Assembly: GCA_943350175.1 (NCBI GenBank)
Contig: CALQZX010000003.1
Span: 12,409 to 76,408, forward strand
Direction of reading: 5' to 3'
DNA: 64,000 nucleotides
Origin: Parcubacteria group bacterium
GTDB lineage: Bacteria; Patescibacteriota; Microgenomatia; UBA1400; PJMF01
In this document: one piece after another, positions 27,132-36,836 of the stretch
Layout of the letters: each line of letters begins with the position of its first letter
How positions within the stretch are numbered: position 1 is the first letter of the stretch
Notes under the pieces: generated by a model
What the model saw: only the letters and a program-made list of their open reading frames with translations
The model's database searches: none
Told to the model about the DNA's origin: nothing
Translations under genes and position numbers: made by a program

Positions 27132-27697
27132 TAGATTTTTCCTACCAAATCTACACCTGGGGTAAGAGTCTTATCTCCTGGCCTCCAGCTAGCTGGACAA
27201 ACTACTGCACCGTGATTATCGTAGACAAATTTAGCTGCCTGCAACTTGCGGAAAATCTCTTCAGTGTTACGACCGATACTATTGTCATGCATATCGATGG
27301 CAACAATTTTTTGATCTGGATTAATGATAAAAGTGGCACGCAGCGACAAACCCTCATCCTCCATGAAAGTCCCGAACATTCTGCAATATTTGCCACCTGG
27401 ATCAGCAAGCATTGGATATTTAACCTTGGCGATGGCTTTGGAATTATCGTGCCAAGCCTTGTGTACAAAAGCCGTGTCACTACTAACGCTAAATACTTCT
27501 GCACCTAATTTCTTAAATTCCTCGTATTTATTGGCTGCTTCTTCTAGTTCTGTTGGACACACAAAAGTGAAGTCAGCTGGGTAAAAAAGCACTACTAACC
27601 ACTTGCCTTTGTAGTCTGAGAGCTTGATTTTGAGCAACTTTTCCTCATGAAAAGCGTCCATGATAATTTCTGGGAGAGTGTCGCCGATTTTTAGCAT
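27131..27697 (-). CDS. ahpC: 2-Cys peroxiredoxin
   Basis: FYPADFTFVCPTE and VCPASW; ATG 27697 follows TGCTAAAAT. Confidence 0.95.
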   Translation of the reverse strand: MLKIGDTLPEIIMDAFHEEKLLKIKLSDYKGKWLVVLFYPADFTFVCPTELEEAANKYEEFKKLGAEVFSVSSDTAFVHKAWHDNSKAIAKVKYPMLADPGGKYCRMFGTFMEDEGLSLRATFIINPDQKIVAIDMHDNSIGRNTEEIFRKLQAAKFVYDNHGAVVCPASWRPGDKTLTPGVDLVGKI

Positions 27698-27757
27698 ATG
27701 AGATGATTTTAGCATTAAAATTTAGCGAGTGCTCCAGTGAAATTTAGTCCTATAACA

Positions 27758-27786
27758 TTGACTTTTTGGTCATAAAGTGACATAAT
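27758..27786 (+). promoter_or_regulatory. promoter of small lipoprotein gene
   Basis: TTGACT-17-CATAAT. Confidence 0.65.
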
Positions 27787-27874
27787 AAGGCCTAGTTGAT
27801 CCATCGTTGAACTGTGGTCTTAGCGACTGCAGAAAACTCACACGGCGATGGAAGTTTTATTCTGGAGGTGAGCG

Positions 27875-28255
27875 ATGAGGAAAAAAATCGCGAACCTAAT
27901 GGCGGCGCTTCTAGCCGCCTCTTTGCTTTTACTCGGTTGTGGCGGTATTTTCGTCACAAACGAGTATAAGGCCTCTCACGACTGCGACTTCTCCGAAGTT
28001 GCGGCCGTGAAAGAGGCTGCCTGCGATTACGTCGACGCCATAAAAGGCGAAAAAGTGATCGCGAATCTCATCAAAGATAAAGAGGATGAGATTAAAGTTT
28101 TAGAGGACGAAAAAACAGTCCTCGAAAGCAAATTTGAGGCCAGCCACGAGCTGACCAAAAAATTTGAAGAGTTATGGAAGGCCTCTGGAAAACCTTCCAC
28201 CAAGGTGCCGCCGCCAACCGCAACGGCGAAACCAAGAAAAGGAGGCAGCAACTAG
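27875..28255 (+). CDS. small lipoprotein with coiled coil and Pro/Lys tail
   Basis: Lipobox LLGC; strong GGAGGTG SD; own terminator. Confidence 0.75.
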   Translation: MRKKIANLMAALLAASLLLLGCGGIFVTNEYKASHDCDFSEVAAVKEAACDYVDAIKGEKVIANLIKDKEDEIKVLEDEKTVLESKFEASHELTKKFEELWKASGKPSTKVPPPTATAKPRKGGSN

Positions 28256-28262
28256 CCTCCTT

Positions 28263-28298
28263 AAAAAAATCCCTGCTTCGAAAGAGGCAGGGTTTTTG
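28263..28298 (+). terminator. intrinsic terminator
   Basis: CCCTGCTTC-GAAA-GAGGCAGGG-TTTTT. Confidence 0.85.
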
Positions 28299-28415
28299 CA
28301 TTTAGAAACAAAAAAACAATCATCTCGCACAATCTACTCTCTATTAACAATTCTTTAGTAACTATTTGGTAATTTGCAAAAAAGCCATTTAAGTCCTATA
28401 ATATCAGTATTAATC

Positions 28416-30872
28416 ATGAACGAATATATTAGAGCATCTTTTGAAAAATTTTTTAAAGGTTTTTCCCTCAATCAAGAAGGAAATAAAAAATTCTCCAGAA
28501 GAGATTTCTTAAAATTAGCTGGAGTTTCAGCTGCCATTGCGGCTGGTCTATCCGGCTGTGGTCCAGAAGACAGCGTTCCCATCAAGTTGGGCGAATTAGG
28601 CTGGGCGAAACCTCTTGATGAGCTTGAGAGACAGGGCTATATTTACGAAACTGAAAAATTCGGTGCTGGACCAGATGGCAAGCCAAGATATCGCAAAATC
28701 TCATTCAAAAACAATCTTTCTTTCGGAGGAGTTCCTCCAAATCCACTAGATTCATTTGCGCCAGATTCTAGAGGCATCGATCAGACAAATGAATGCAAAA
28801 TGATCAAAGATTTTCTTCATCAGAGAGTTCAGGAAATCATCATCATTCAAGAAAATATTCCAGATCCTCTCAATCCCGAAGTTGAGAATTGGGTTTCCAT
28901 GAAAATTCCAGGCACGCTAGAACACATGCGTACCACAGCCAATATTGCTAATAACGTAGACAATCAGCTAAATGAGGAACAAATTGCCCAGTTCGCTTCT
29001 TGGTTGGCAGAATATTTGGGCTCAACTTCAGACCCAGAAAACACGGATTTATTAAAAAATCCTCTCCAGCTTGCCAAAAATGTTGCCAAAGCAGAAATAC
29101 TTAAAGCGATTGTCGATTCAAAAGTTACCAGCCAAGAAGCTCAAACAATTATTAGAAAATATTTGTTTAACTTTACTTTCCCAAATGGCAATTTACCAGC
29201 AGATTGGGCTAGCTGGGACATCTGGTCAGAAATTGGTCGCAGCAGGTTTTCAGACATTCCAGAATCAATGCCTATAGAAACTCTCATGAACGTCTTTAGA
29301 GCTTTATCTTCCCAGTTTGGAGAAGATATTTTCAGAAACACTAATGGGCAAGACTACACAGATGCTCAGATTATGAATTCCATTATGGATAATTCTGGTC
29401 TTGCCGCAGCTGACTGCATAGTTGTTCCTAAAAAAGCAGATTCTGAAGAAAATTTGAGAATAGAAACAGCATTTGCAGAAATTAAGAAGCAATTCGTAGA
29501 AATTCAAAAAAAGCCGCGCATCTTTAAAGTTGATTTTGGCGGAGTCACCAAAATGGTGGTAATTCACGATTTACTTACATACGATGTTCAAGACGAGATT
29601 GTAGACTGGGACCCTCGCTTAGATCCAGGGGCCATTGTTAATGAAAAAAATCAGCGAGATGGAAGCAACTGGCAATGGTTGGCCGTTAGTGAAGAACCTA
29701 AAGCTGAACTTAACAACACTACAATTAAACAATGCATAGAGGGTACATTTACTGGAATAGCTGGTAAAATTTCAAAAATTGAAGAATTCCCACCAGAAGC
29801 TATTGAATGGTTTATGGTTCCAAATAAATTTATTGGTTTAAATAAAAAAAGATTATCACCTGGTCTAAAATTTACTGGCTATAAATATCAAACAATTAAC
29901 GAAGGAGACCCTTTACCTCCAAAAGAAACCAAGATTTGGCTTTTTGATAAAAGGATTCGCGATGAATGGACGCCAATTCAAGCTCAAGACCAAACAGAAA
30001 ATGTGCTCAACACCAGCCTTTCAATGGAAAACTGGATAACTGATGTGACCACAATCATAAATAGCGCTATTAATAATGGCGTTAAAGAACTTTTTTCGGA
30101 AGGCTTACTAAGCAGTCTTGATTGGCTGAGTCGTGCTTTGCGAGGCAACGAGGGAGATAATTTCATGAGCCATCCTTTCCTAAAGCCAACTGATCCCTAC
30201 ATGAGAGACTTGCTTGCTGATAAGAAAATGGAAGACCTATTGGAAAAAAGAGGCGCCAATTCTAATGAAGATGTCAACATGGCTGTATTTCTAGAAAAAG
30301 TACAACTTAAAACAATTACTCTTAAAGAATTCTACTTGGACAAGCCATGGGTTGAGGGGGTTCTGGAAGGCATGGGAGTTGATACTAAAAATGGTTGGTG
30401 GCCTGCCTTTAATGCATTTGCCGAAAAGCACGTCGGATCCATCAACCAGGATTTTTTCAATGAAAGTCAGCTAGAAATCAATGGCAGACAAATAGAAATG
30501 GCAAAAGGTGATTTTTACCCAGTGGAAAAAGTCATTACTATGCCTAACGGCGAAAAATATTTAGTCTTAAAAGAAATTACTGATTTCAGTTTATTAGGCT
30601 TAAGTACTGATGGAAAATTCATCGTCATACCTTTTGATGAAGCCATGCAAAAGGTGCTTGTTCTTGATCCAGACAACAATATTTTGAAATTTGCTAAAGA
30701 TGTTGTAGAAAATATTGCAGTCCCCGCCTTGGTAATTGGTGCCATTGTTGCTCCAGAAATAACTGGAGGACTTGTTACGGCAGGAGGTGCTGCAATAAAA
30801 GGAGAACTATTGAAAATTCTCGCTTCAATTGGCGCGAAGCTTATAAAAACAGTTACAAAAACTCTTTTATAA
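28416..30872 (+). CDS. large hypothetical protein with twin-arginine/lipobox signal
   Basis: SRRDFLK + hydrophobic stretch + LSGC; TTGCAA-17-TATAAT promoter (28374-28402) supports ATG 28416. Confidence 0.75.
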   Translation: MNEYIRASFEKFFKGFSLNQEGNKKFSRRDFLKLAGVSAAIAAGLSGCGPEDSVPIKLGELGWAKPLDELERQGYIYETEKFGAGPDGKPRYRKISFKNNLSFGGVPPNPLDSFAPDSRGIDQTNECKMIKDFLHQRVQEIIIIQENIPDPLNPEVENWVSMKIPGTLEHMRTTANIANNVDNQLNEEQIAQFASWLAEYLGSTSDPENTDLLKNPLQLAKNVAKAEILKAIVDSKVTSQEAQTIIRKYLFNFTFPNGNLPADWASWDIWSEIGRSRFSDIPESMPIETLMNVFRALSSQFGEDIFRNTNGQDYTDAQIMNSIMDNSGLAAADCIVVPKKADSEENLRIETAFAEIKKQFVEIQKKPRIFKVDFGGVTKMVVIHDLLTYDVQDEIVDWDPRLDPGAIVNEKNQRDGSNWQWLAVSEEPKAELNNTTIKQCIEGTFTGIAGKISKIEEFPPEAIEWFMVPNKFIGLNKKRLSPGLKFTGYKYQTINEGDPLPPKETKIWLFDKRIRDEWTPIQAQDQTENVLNTSLSMENWITDVTTIINSAINNGVKELFSEGLLSSLDWLSRALRGNEGDNFMSHPFLKPTDPYMRDLLADKKMEDLLEKRGANSNEDVNMAVFLEKVQLKTITLKEFYLDKPWVEGVLEGMGVDTKNGWWPAFNAFAEKHVGSINQDFFNESQLEINGRQIEMAKGDFYPVEKVITMPNGEKYLVLKEITDFSLLGLSTDGKFIVIPFDEAMQKVLVLDPDNNILKFAKDVVENIAVPALVIGAIVAPEITGGLVTAGGAAIKGELLKILASIGAKLIKTVTKTLL

Positions 30873-30877
30873 AAAAA

Positions 30878-31090
30878 TTACTCTTCGCTAGGAATCAAAA
30901 TCCAGCAAAGCAAATAGATGAATAGACCTGGAAAGCCACCTGGAATTAAAGTTAGGGACAAAATCACCCTGATCAAAGTCACATCAATTTCAAAATAGTT
31001 GGCAAAGGCCATAGCTACACCAGCGAGCTTGCGACCTTTCATTGGACGAATTAGTTTCTTTATAGTTGATTTTGGTTTTTGAGTGGGCAT
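30878..31090 (-). CDS. pspC: PspC domain protein
   Basis: L.R....RKLAGV..AFA.YF.ID.TLIR...YLLCWILIP. Confidence 0.88.
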   Translation of the reverse strand: MPTQKPKSTIKKLIRPMKGRKLAGVAMAFANYFEIDVTLIRVILSLTLIPGGFPGLFIYLLCWILIPSEE

Positions 31091-31154
31091 GGGTTTCTCC
31101 TTTTTTCGAGTTTTAGATTAGCATATGCGATTGTAACATGCTTATAATAGCCGC

Positions 31155-31394
31155 ATGACTATAATCCAAATAATGTCAGCTGCGGAATCATTCCTCGCAA
31201 AAAATCTACCATATTATTACCCTGATGAAAGTCAGGAGGAAAAGATAGCGATACTTCTAAAAGAAATTGTTAAAGTTGATGGGGATAGAGCCAGAGAAAT
31301 TGAGAATAGTCTGAAGCAATTTTCAAAAAACTCAGTAGAGGGACAGAGTTCTATGAACTTTGAGACATTCAATCAATCAACTAATTGGAGGTAG
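31155..31394 (+). CDS. hypothetical protein (leaderless)
   Basis: TATAAT 6 nt before ATG. Confidence 0.55.
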   Translation: MTIIQIMSAAESFLAKNLPYYYPDESQEEKIAILLKEIVKVDGDRAREIENSLKQFSKNSVEGQSSMNFETFNQSTNWR

Positions 31395-31968
31395 CAATTA
31401 AATCTCCCCCTCTCAAAAACCACAGCGCAAAATCACTCTGACGAAATTCCTCTTTTTTGACTATTTCCTCAAATTTTTCTAAGTCAAACAACTCAACTTC
31501 AATTTTTTCCCCAGCATCAAGATTTTTTTCGGCCACTAATTCACAATTTTTGGCCACTAAATAAAAATTAGCCCAATCAATGCGACTGTTCATTTGTCCA
31601 CTGAACAAAAAATACCAATCCTGACTGGCATAGCCTGTTTCCTCAATTAGCTCTCGTTTAGAAGCTTGCAAAACAGTTTCCCCATCGTCAATAATTCCTC
31701 CGGGAAGACTTAAAAATTCACTAAGTCCTGGCTGGCTTTGCCTAGTCATGATCACTTTATTATCTTTGGTTAAAGCTAAAACCGTCACGGTGTCAGCTCT
31801 GGAGAGACTCTCAAATCTAGCTATGCTGCCATCGTAAAGTTCTTGTGGCCAATGCCAAACCTTGAAAAAATCACCCTCAAAAACGATCTGTGCATCGTCG
31901 CCTCTTTTTAATTTAGCCGGCGCTCTTTTGATCGTTAGCGACTCGTTTTGTTCATCAATTTTTTGCAT
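31381..31968 (-). CDS. NUDIX hydrolase (ADP-ribose pyrophosphatase-like)
   Basis: GGIIDDGE......KRELIEETGY Nudix box; LDAGEKIEV. Confidence 0.92.
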   Translation of the reverse strand: MQKIDEQNESLTIKRAPAKLKRGDDAQIVFEGDFFKVWHWPQELYDGSIARFESLSRADTVTVLALTKDNKVIMTRQSQPGLSEFLSLPGGIIDDGETVLQASKRELIEETGYASQDWYFLFSGQMNSRIDWANFYLVAKNCELVAEKNLDAGEKIEVELFDLEKFEEIVKKEEFRQSDFALWFLRGGDLIATSN

Positions 31969-31994
31969 GCTTATCCTTTATAATATCATTGTTA

Positions 31995-33128
31995 ATGCAA
32001 ATTAGAATTAAAAATAAAAACTATCAACTCCCGATCTATTTGCCAGATGCCACTCTAGGTGTCGCTCGTAATTTGGATAGCATGGATTTGGCCAAAGTTG
32101 GTCTTGAGGGAGTGATGGTTAATACCTACCACTTGATTCAAATACCTGGCGAAGAAATTTTGCAAAAAGTTGGCGGTATTAAAAAAATGATGAATTGGCC
32201 TGGCTTTGTTTCTTCCGACTCTGGTGGCTTTCAACTTTTTTCTTTGATTCGCAAAAATCCTGACATGGGCAAAGTCACCGACGAAGGCATTGTTCTCTAC
32301 AACGGCCCCAAGAAACAGAAAAAAACCATGTTTACTCCAGAGGATTCGATTCGCATGCAATTTGCCCTGGGTAGCGATGTGATGATTTGTCTGGATGACT
32401 TCACTCCACCTGAGGCCAACGAAAAACGCACAGAGGAAAGCGTCATGAGGACAATCTCTTGGGCTAAAAGAGCCAAAGCTGAGTTCACACAACAATTAAC
32501 CAAGCATGGTTTCGAAGAAAACAATCGCCCGCTGCTACTCGCTCCCATTCAAGGTCATACCAATGACAAATGGCGCGCTTATTGCAGTGAGGAATTACAA
32601 AAAATCGGTTTTGACATCTACGGTTTGGGTGGCTGGCCATTCTTGCCAGATGGAAAATTTGATTACTCTTTTTGTGAAAAAAATGCTGAATTAACAAGTA
32701 AAGATAGCTATCGTTTTGCCCTTGGAGTTGGCACTCCAGAGAACATTGTTCGCCTCTTCTTTATGGGTTATCAATTCTTTGATTGTGTCTTGCCAACTAG
32801 AGATGCCCGCCATCAACGTTTGTATGTTTTCAAAGTTGATCCGAAAGCTCTTGACCGAGAAGCGCTTAGAAAATTAGCAGAAGAAAATCGCTTAAACGAA
32901 ATTTTTGATTACACCTATATCAGTAAGGGTAAATTCTCCACGGACAATGAGGCAGTCAGTGAATTTTGTGATTGTCCGATTTGCCAAAAGACAAATGGCG
33001 TTCCACAAGTCAGCAAGGCCTATTTGCATCATTTATTTAAGATCGAGGATGGCAGCGCTTTTCGCCTAGCGAGTTTGCACAATTTGAGAACTTACGTGAA
33101 AGTGATCGAAATACTTCGTAGAGCCTAG
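31995..33128 (+). CDS. tgt: tRNA-guanine transglycosylase with atypical base pocket
   Basis: NTYHL, DSGGFQ, FDCVLPTRDAR, CDCPIC...H Zn site. Confidence 0.92.
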   Translation: MQIRIKNKNYQLPIYLPDATLGVARNLDSMDLAKVGLEGVMVNTYHLIQIPGEEILQKVGGIKKMMNWPGFVSSDSGGFQLFSLIRKNPDMGKVTDEGIVLYNGPKKQKKTMFTPEDSIRMQFALGSDVMICLDDFTPPEANEKRTEESVMRTISWAKRAKAEFTQQLTKHGFEENNRPLLLAPIQGHTNDKWRAYCSEELQKIGFDIYGLGGWPFLPDGKFDYSFCEKNAELTSKDSYRFALGVGTPENIVRLFFMGYQFFDCVLPTRDARHQRLYVFKVDPKALDREALRKLAEENRLNEIFDYTYISKGKFSTDNEAVSEFCDCPICQKTNGVPQVSKAYLHHLFKIEDGSAFRLASLHNLRTYVKVIEILRRA

Positions 33129-33136
33129 GTCTTTTA

Positions 33137-33448
33137 TCAATCCCACAAGCCATGTTCTTTGAGGGCTTTTTTGATCTGTAATAGTTCTATTTCAATCTTC
33201 TTAATTTTCATTTGTAAATCAAAATCTTCTTGCGTTTCGATGTCATCATCCAAAAAATAATTAATGGATTTGTGAGTCAAACTGCTAATAATCTGCAAAG
33301 TGTCCAGTGGTGGTAGAGCTCGACCCTTTTCGTAAGCAGAGATAGTGCGGTCAGATAACTTGAGAGCATTGGCCAATTCTTTTTGCGAAAGAGCTGCCTC
33401 TACTCTGGCTTGTCTAATCTTTTTAGAAATTTTGTCTGTTTTTGTCAT
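33137..33448 (-). CDS. XRE family HTH regulator with C-terminal coiled coil
   Basis: IRQAR....LSQKELA..L.LS..TISAYEKG...P. Confidence 0.9.
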   Translation of the reverse strand: MTKTDKISKKIRQARVEAALSQKELANALKLSDRTISAYEKGRALPPLDTLQIISSLTHKSINYFLDDDIETQEDFDLQMKIKKIEIELLQIKKALKEHGLWD

Positions 33449-33517
33449 ACTTTGTTTACTTGACTAAACTTGAATAAAATATTACTCTATTTTTATTAGA
33501 AAAAATCTAATCTAATT

Positions 33518-33895
33518 ATGCTTACATCTTCTGCTTCAAAGTCCATTTTGATTGTTGAGCCTAATTCTGATTTAGAAAAACCTTATTCTTTCCTTGATCA
33601 AAAAACTTTTAAAGTCACTAGGGCTAGCAATTCTCTAACCGCTAGCTATGAGTTACAAAAACAAAATTTTGATCTAGTTTTTTTAAGTTGCTCTTTTTCT
33701 AACAAAAAGATTCTCAATTTCCTCGAATCACTTAAGCTTGCTGGCAGCAATCAGATCATTCCTCTCATTCTAGTCGTCGATCTCAGTCAGCCCTATAGTA
33801 TTGTTCCTGGACTAACTTGGAACAATCAATTAAGCTTGCTTAACTCAATCTCTTCAGACAAAGAACTGCAAATTGCTCTGAGCAAACTACTCTAA
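33518..33895 (+). CDS. receiver-like domain protein lacking the phosphoacceptor Asp
   Basis: SILIVE, FDLVFLS (Asp replaced by Ser), IPLILV. Confidence 0.55.
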   Translation: MLTSSASKSILIVEPNSDLEKPYSFLDQKTFKVTRASNSLTASYELQKQNFDLVFLSCSFSNKKILNFLESLKLAGSNQIIPLILVVDLSQPYSIVPGLTWNNQLSLLNSISSDKELQIALSKLL

Positions 33896-33942
33896 TCGCA
33901 TTTTGTAATCTTCTTGCAACCTACTCCAATTATAATAGACTT

Positions 33943-34641
33943 GTGGTAAAACAAAAGAACAGGAAAAAGCTAAGCGTCAAAGAAATAGCTTTGCGTTATC
34001 AACCAAGAGAAAAAGCCAAAAAACTCGGCTTAGCTGCATTAAATAATAGTGAACTCTTGGCTTTGATCATTGGTAGCGGCCAGAAAAACTGTAATGTTTT
34101 GGAATTAGCTAAGAAGGTTGAAAAACAATTATTAGCTAATAACGAGCCAAAAAACAAACAAAAACTCTCACAAATTTTTGGCATTGGTGAAATTCTGACC
34201 AACAAAATTCTAGCTAGCTTAGAGCTGGGCAGGCGTTTGGCGCAAGAAAAAAATCCCCAGCAAATCGACCATCCTAGCAAAATTTTTGAACTCTCTAGAG
34301 ACTTGGCTAACAAAAAACAAGAATATTGTTTGGCTTTTTATTTGAATGGCCGCCAAGAATTACTAAGTAGAAAAACTTTGGCTATTGGCGGGCTAAATTA
34401 TAATTTTATGGAACCAAGGGATATTTTTGAGCCAGCTTTTAGTAGTGGGGCCAGTAATTTTATTTTGGTCCATAATCATCCCTCCGGCCATCCAGAACCT
34501 TCAGATGATGATTTACTTTTGACAGAAAAAATTGCCAAATTGGGAGATTTGATGGGTGTCAAATTGCAAGACCACTTAATTGTTTGCAAAGACAATTATT
34601 TTTCCATCAGAGAGCACTTCAGTGAGTTGCTTTACGTTTAA
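33943..34641 (+). CDS. radC: RadC/JAB family protein
   Basis: PREK....G..AL...ELLA, HNHPSG...PS..D, DHLIV. Confidence 0.94.
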   Translation: MVKQKNRKKLSVKEIALRYQPREKAKKLGLAALNNSELLALIIGSGQKNCNVLELAKKVEKQLLANNEPKNKQKLSQIFGIGEILTNKILASLELGRRLAQEKNPQQIDHPSKIFELSRDLANKKQEYCLAFYLNGRQELLSRKTLAIGGLNYNFMEPRDIFEPAFSSGASNFILVHNHPSGHPEPSDDDLLLTEKIAKLGDLMGVKLQDHLIVCKDNYFSIREHFSELLYV

Positions 34642-36094
34642 TCACCACCGTACCAGCCTGATCAACCAGTTGATAACCAGCCTGCTCAAATTCGGCTCTC
34701 AGTCGGTCGGCGGTGACAAAATCTTTATTACGGCGCGCAATTTCTCGCTCTGCAAAAAGTTTTTGTAAGTCTACTGACAAGTCTTTGATTTCCAAATCTT
34801 CATTACCTTTGGTCAGATCGCTTTCGTCCATCGAAACCAAACCTAGACCAAGTACTCGATCAAATTCCAATAATAAGTGGTATTTATCAGAATCACTCAG
34901 GTTGCTTTTGAGAACTTTCCAGACCACAGTTAAAGCCTCCGGGGTATTAAGATCATTTTCAACAAAAGCAAAAAATTGTTTGGCTAATTGCTCTGCTTCT
35001 TGGCTAATTTCTGCATCCAAGTGATGATTCTTCTTAACTAATAAGTAAGCTTGCAAAAGTTTGCGCCAGGCAATTTGATTGGCTTCTAAGCTCTGGAGAG
35101 TGAAATTTTGTTCACTACGATAATGGCTGGTTAAAAAAAGCAAACGTAGCGCAGCAGGTTCGAAACCTTTTTGCAAAATATCATCAATGGTAAAAAAATT
35201 ACCAAGCGACTTACTCATTTTTTCACCATCCACGCGCAGAAAATTATGATGCACCCAGAATCTAGCAAAAGGTTTTTTGCCGGTATAAGTTTCTGACTGC
35301 GCAATTTCATTGGCGTGATGAACAGCAATGTGATCAATGCCGCCGGTGTGAATATCTAATTGTGGACCAAGATGTTCAATGCTCATGGCGCTACATTCGA
35401 CGTGCCAACCTGGAAAACTACGTGGATGCCATGGACTTGGCCAAACCATTTGACGATTCTCACCAGCTTTTTCAAATTTCCATAGGGCGAAATCACTTGG
35501 ATTTCTCTTGTTGGCAATCTCCCCCATTCTACTTTCTCTTGGAGCATGACGAGGATCGTGACCGCTGAGCTGACCGTATTCAGCCAGTTTTGAGGTATCA
35601 AAGTAAACTCCATCATCTTCAATGATGTAGGTGTAGCCTTTTTTTTCTAAGTCCAAAACCATGTCTAGTTGACTCTGAATATGCTCGGTAGCGCGACAGC
35701 TTAGAGTTGGGCGTAGAACCCCCATTTTATCCATGCTGTAAAAGAAATAATCTTCAAATTTCTTGGCTACTTCCCAGGCACTTTGGCCATATTTACGAGC
35801 GCCCTTTTCCATCTTGTCTTCACCTTCGTCATCATCAGAAACCAGATGACCAACATCAGTGATATTTTGTACATGCTTCACATCATAGCCAGCATTACGC
35901 AGAACTCTGACCAAAACATCATCCATTACATATTTGCGCAAATGACCGATGTGAGTGTAATCATAAACAGTCACACCACAGGCATACATATTTACTTGTT
36001 TGGGATTTTCACCAACTGGAAAGTTTTCACTATTTGTCTCGCGGAGAGTTTTGAACTCTTCGACTTTTTTGGAAAGAGTGTTGTAAAGTTTCAT
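34619..36094 (-). CDS. cysS: cysteine--tRNA ligase
   Basis: CGVTVY...HIGH, DFALWK, PGWHVECSAM, KMSKS. Confidence 0.98.
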   Translation of the reverse strand: MKLYNTLSKKVEEFKTLRETNSENFPVGENPKQVNMYACGVTVYDYTHIGHLRKYVMDDVLVRVLRNAGYDVKHVQNITDVGHLVSDDDEGEDKMEKGARKYGQSAWEVAKKFEDYFFYSMDKMGVLRPTLSCRATEHIQSQLDMVLDLEKKGYTYIIEDDGVYFDTSKLAEYGQLSGHDPRHAPRESRMGEIANKRNPSDFALWKFEKAGENRQMVWPSPWHPRSFPGWHVECSAMSIEHLGPQLDIHTGGIDHIAVHHANEIAQSETYTGKKPFARFWVHHNFLRVDGEKMSKSLGNFFTIDDILQKGFEPAALRLLFLTSHYRSEQNFTLQSLEANQIAWRKLLQAYLLVKKNHHLDAEISQEAEQLAKQFFAFVENDLNTPEALTVVWKVLKSNLSDSDKYHLLLEFDRVLGLGLVSMDESDLTKGNEDLEIKDLSVDLQKLFAEREIARRNKDFVTADRLRAEFEQAGYQLVDQAGTVVIKRKATH

Positions 36095-36138
36095 TTTAGC
36101 CTATTGGGCTTTATTGTAACTTGAGTGATCGAGTTTAG

Positions 36139-36807
36139 CTAGCCATCTGATTGGCTCATCTGTGTGCGCTTGTTTTGCATTAGTTGGCTAGTTTGCTGTT
36201 TCTTGTTACCAGATGGAGCATTTGCGCCTTTCTGTGGACTGCTTGGAGGAGCAATGCTTTGTTCTTGTGCTTGACGCTCTTCTTCTTCTTTTTTGGCCTG
36301 CTCTTCTTGCTGTTCTTTTTGTTTTTTTTGCTGATCTTCTTGAAATTTCTGCTGGATAAAAGATTGCTCTTCCTGAGTTAGCTTTTGCCAATTCTGAGCT
36401 ATTTTTTGTTTCTTGGCTTTTTTTTCTGGCGTGTCGCCTGGGTTAATACCAAGTAAGGCGTTGAGGTCAAAAAAAGATTTAAAAGTATTAAGAATATCTT
36501 TGGCTGGACGAGCAATTAATTCTTCACCAAGATTGGAAATATTCCTAGGAGGTGGTGCTTGTTGTTGTTTTGATTCTGGACTGGCCAAAGGTGTCTGACC
36601 AGCTCCTGACGCAGCAACCTGCTGCTTAGCTAAACCTTGTTGGCCTAAAACTGAAGATTGTTGGGCAGTTTGTTTTTGAGCAGCTGCCGAACTCATAGCA
36701 TTAGCGTCTTCATGCTCATCGCTAAAATTACCAAAGCTCTGGCGAAAACCGCCACCTGGCCTTGTTTGCATTTTGGACCCGCCTCCAGGTCCTCCAAATC
36801 CTGACAT
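36139..36807 (-). CDS. Gln/Lys-rich low-complexity hypothetical protein
   Basis: ORF with AGGA SD; disordered termini and central coiled coil. Confidence 0.7.
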   Translation of the reverse strand: MSGFGGPGGGSKMQTRPGGGFRQSFGNFSDEHEDANAMSSAAAQKQTAQQSSVLGQQGLAKQQVAASGAGQTPLASPESKQQQAPPPRNISNLGEELIARPAKDILNTFKSFFDLNALLGINPGDTPEKKAKKQKIAQNWQKLTQEEQSFIQQKFQEDQQKKQKEQQEEQAKKEEEERQAQEQSIAPPSSPQKGANAPSGNKKQQTSQLMQNKRTQMSQSDG

Positions 36808-36836
36808 ATTTTATTTCCTAACGACTTATTCTTTAA

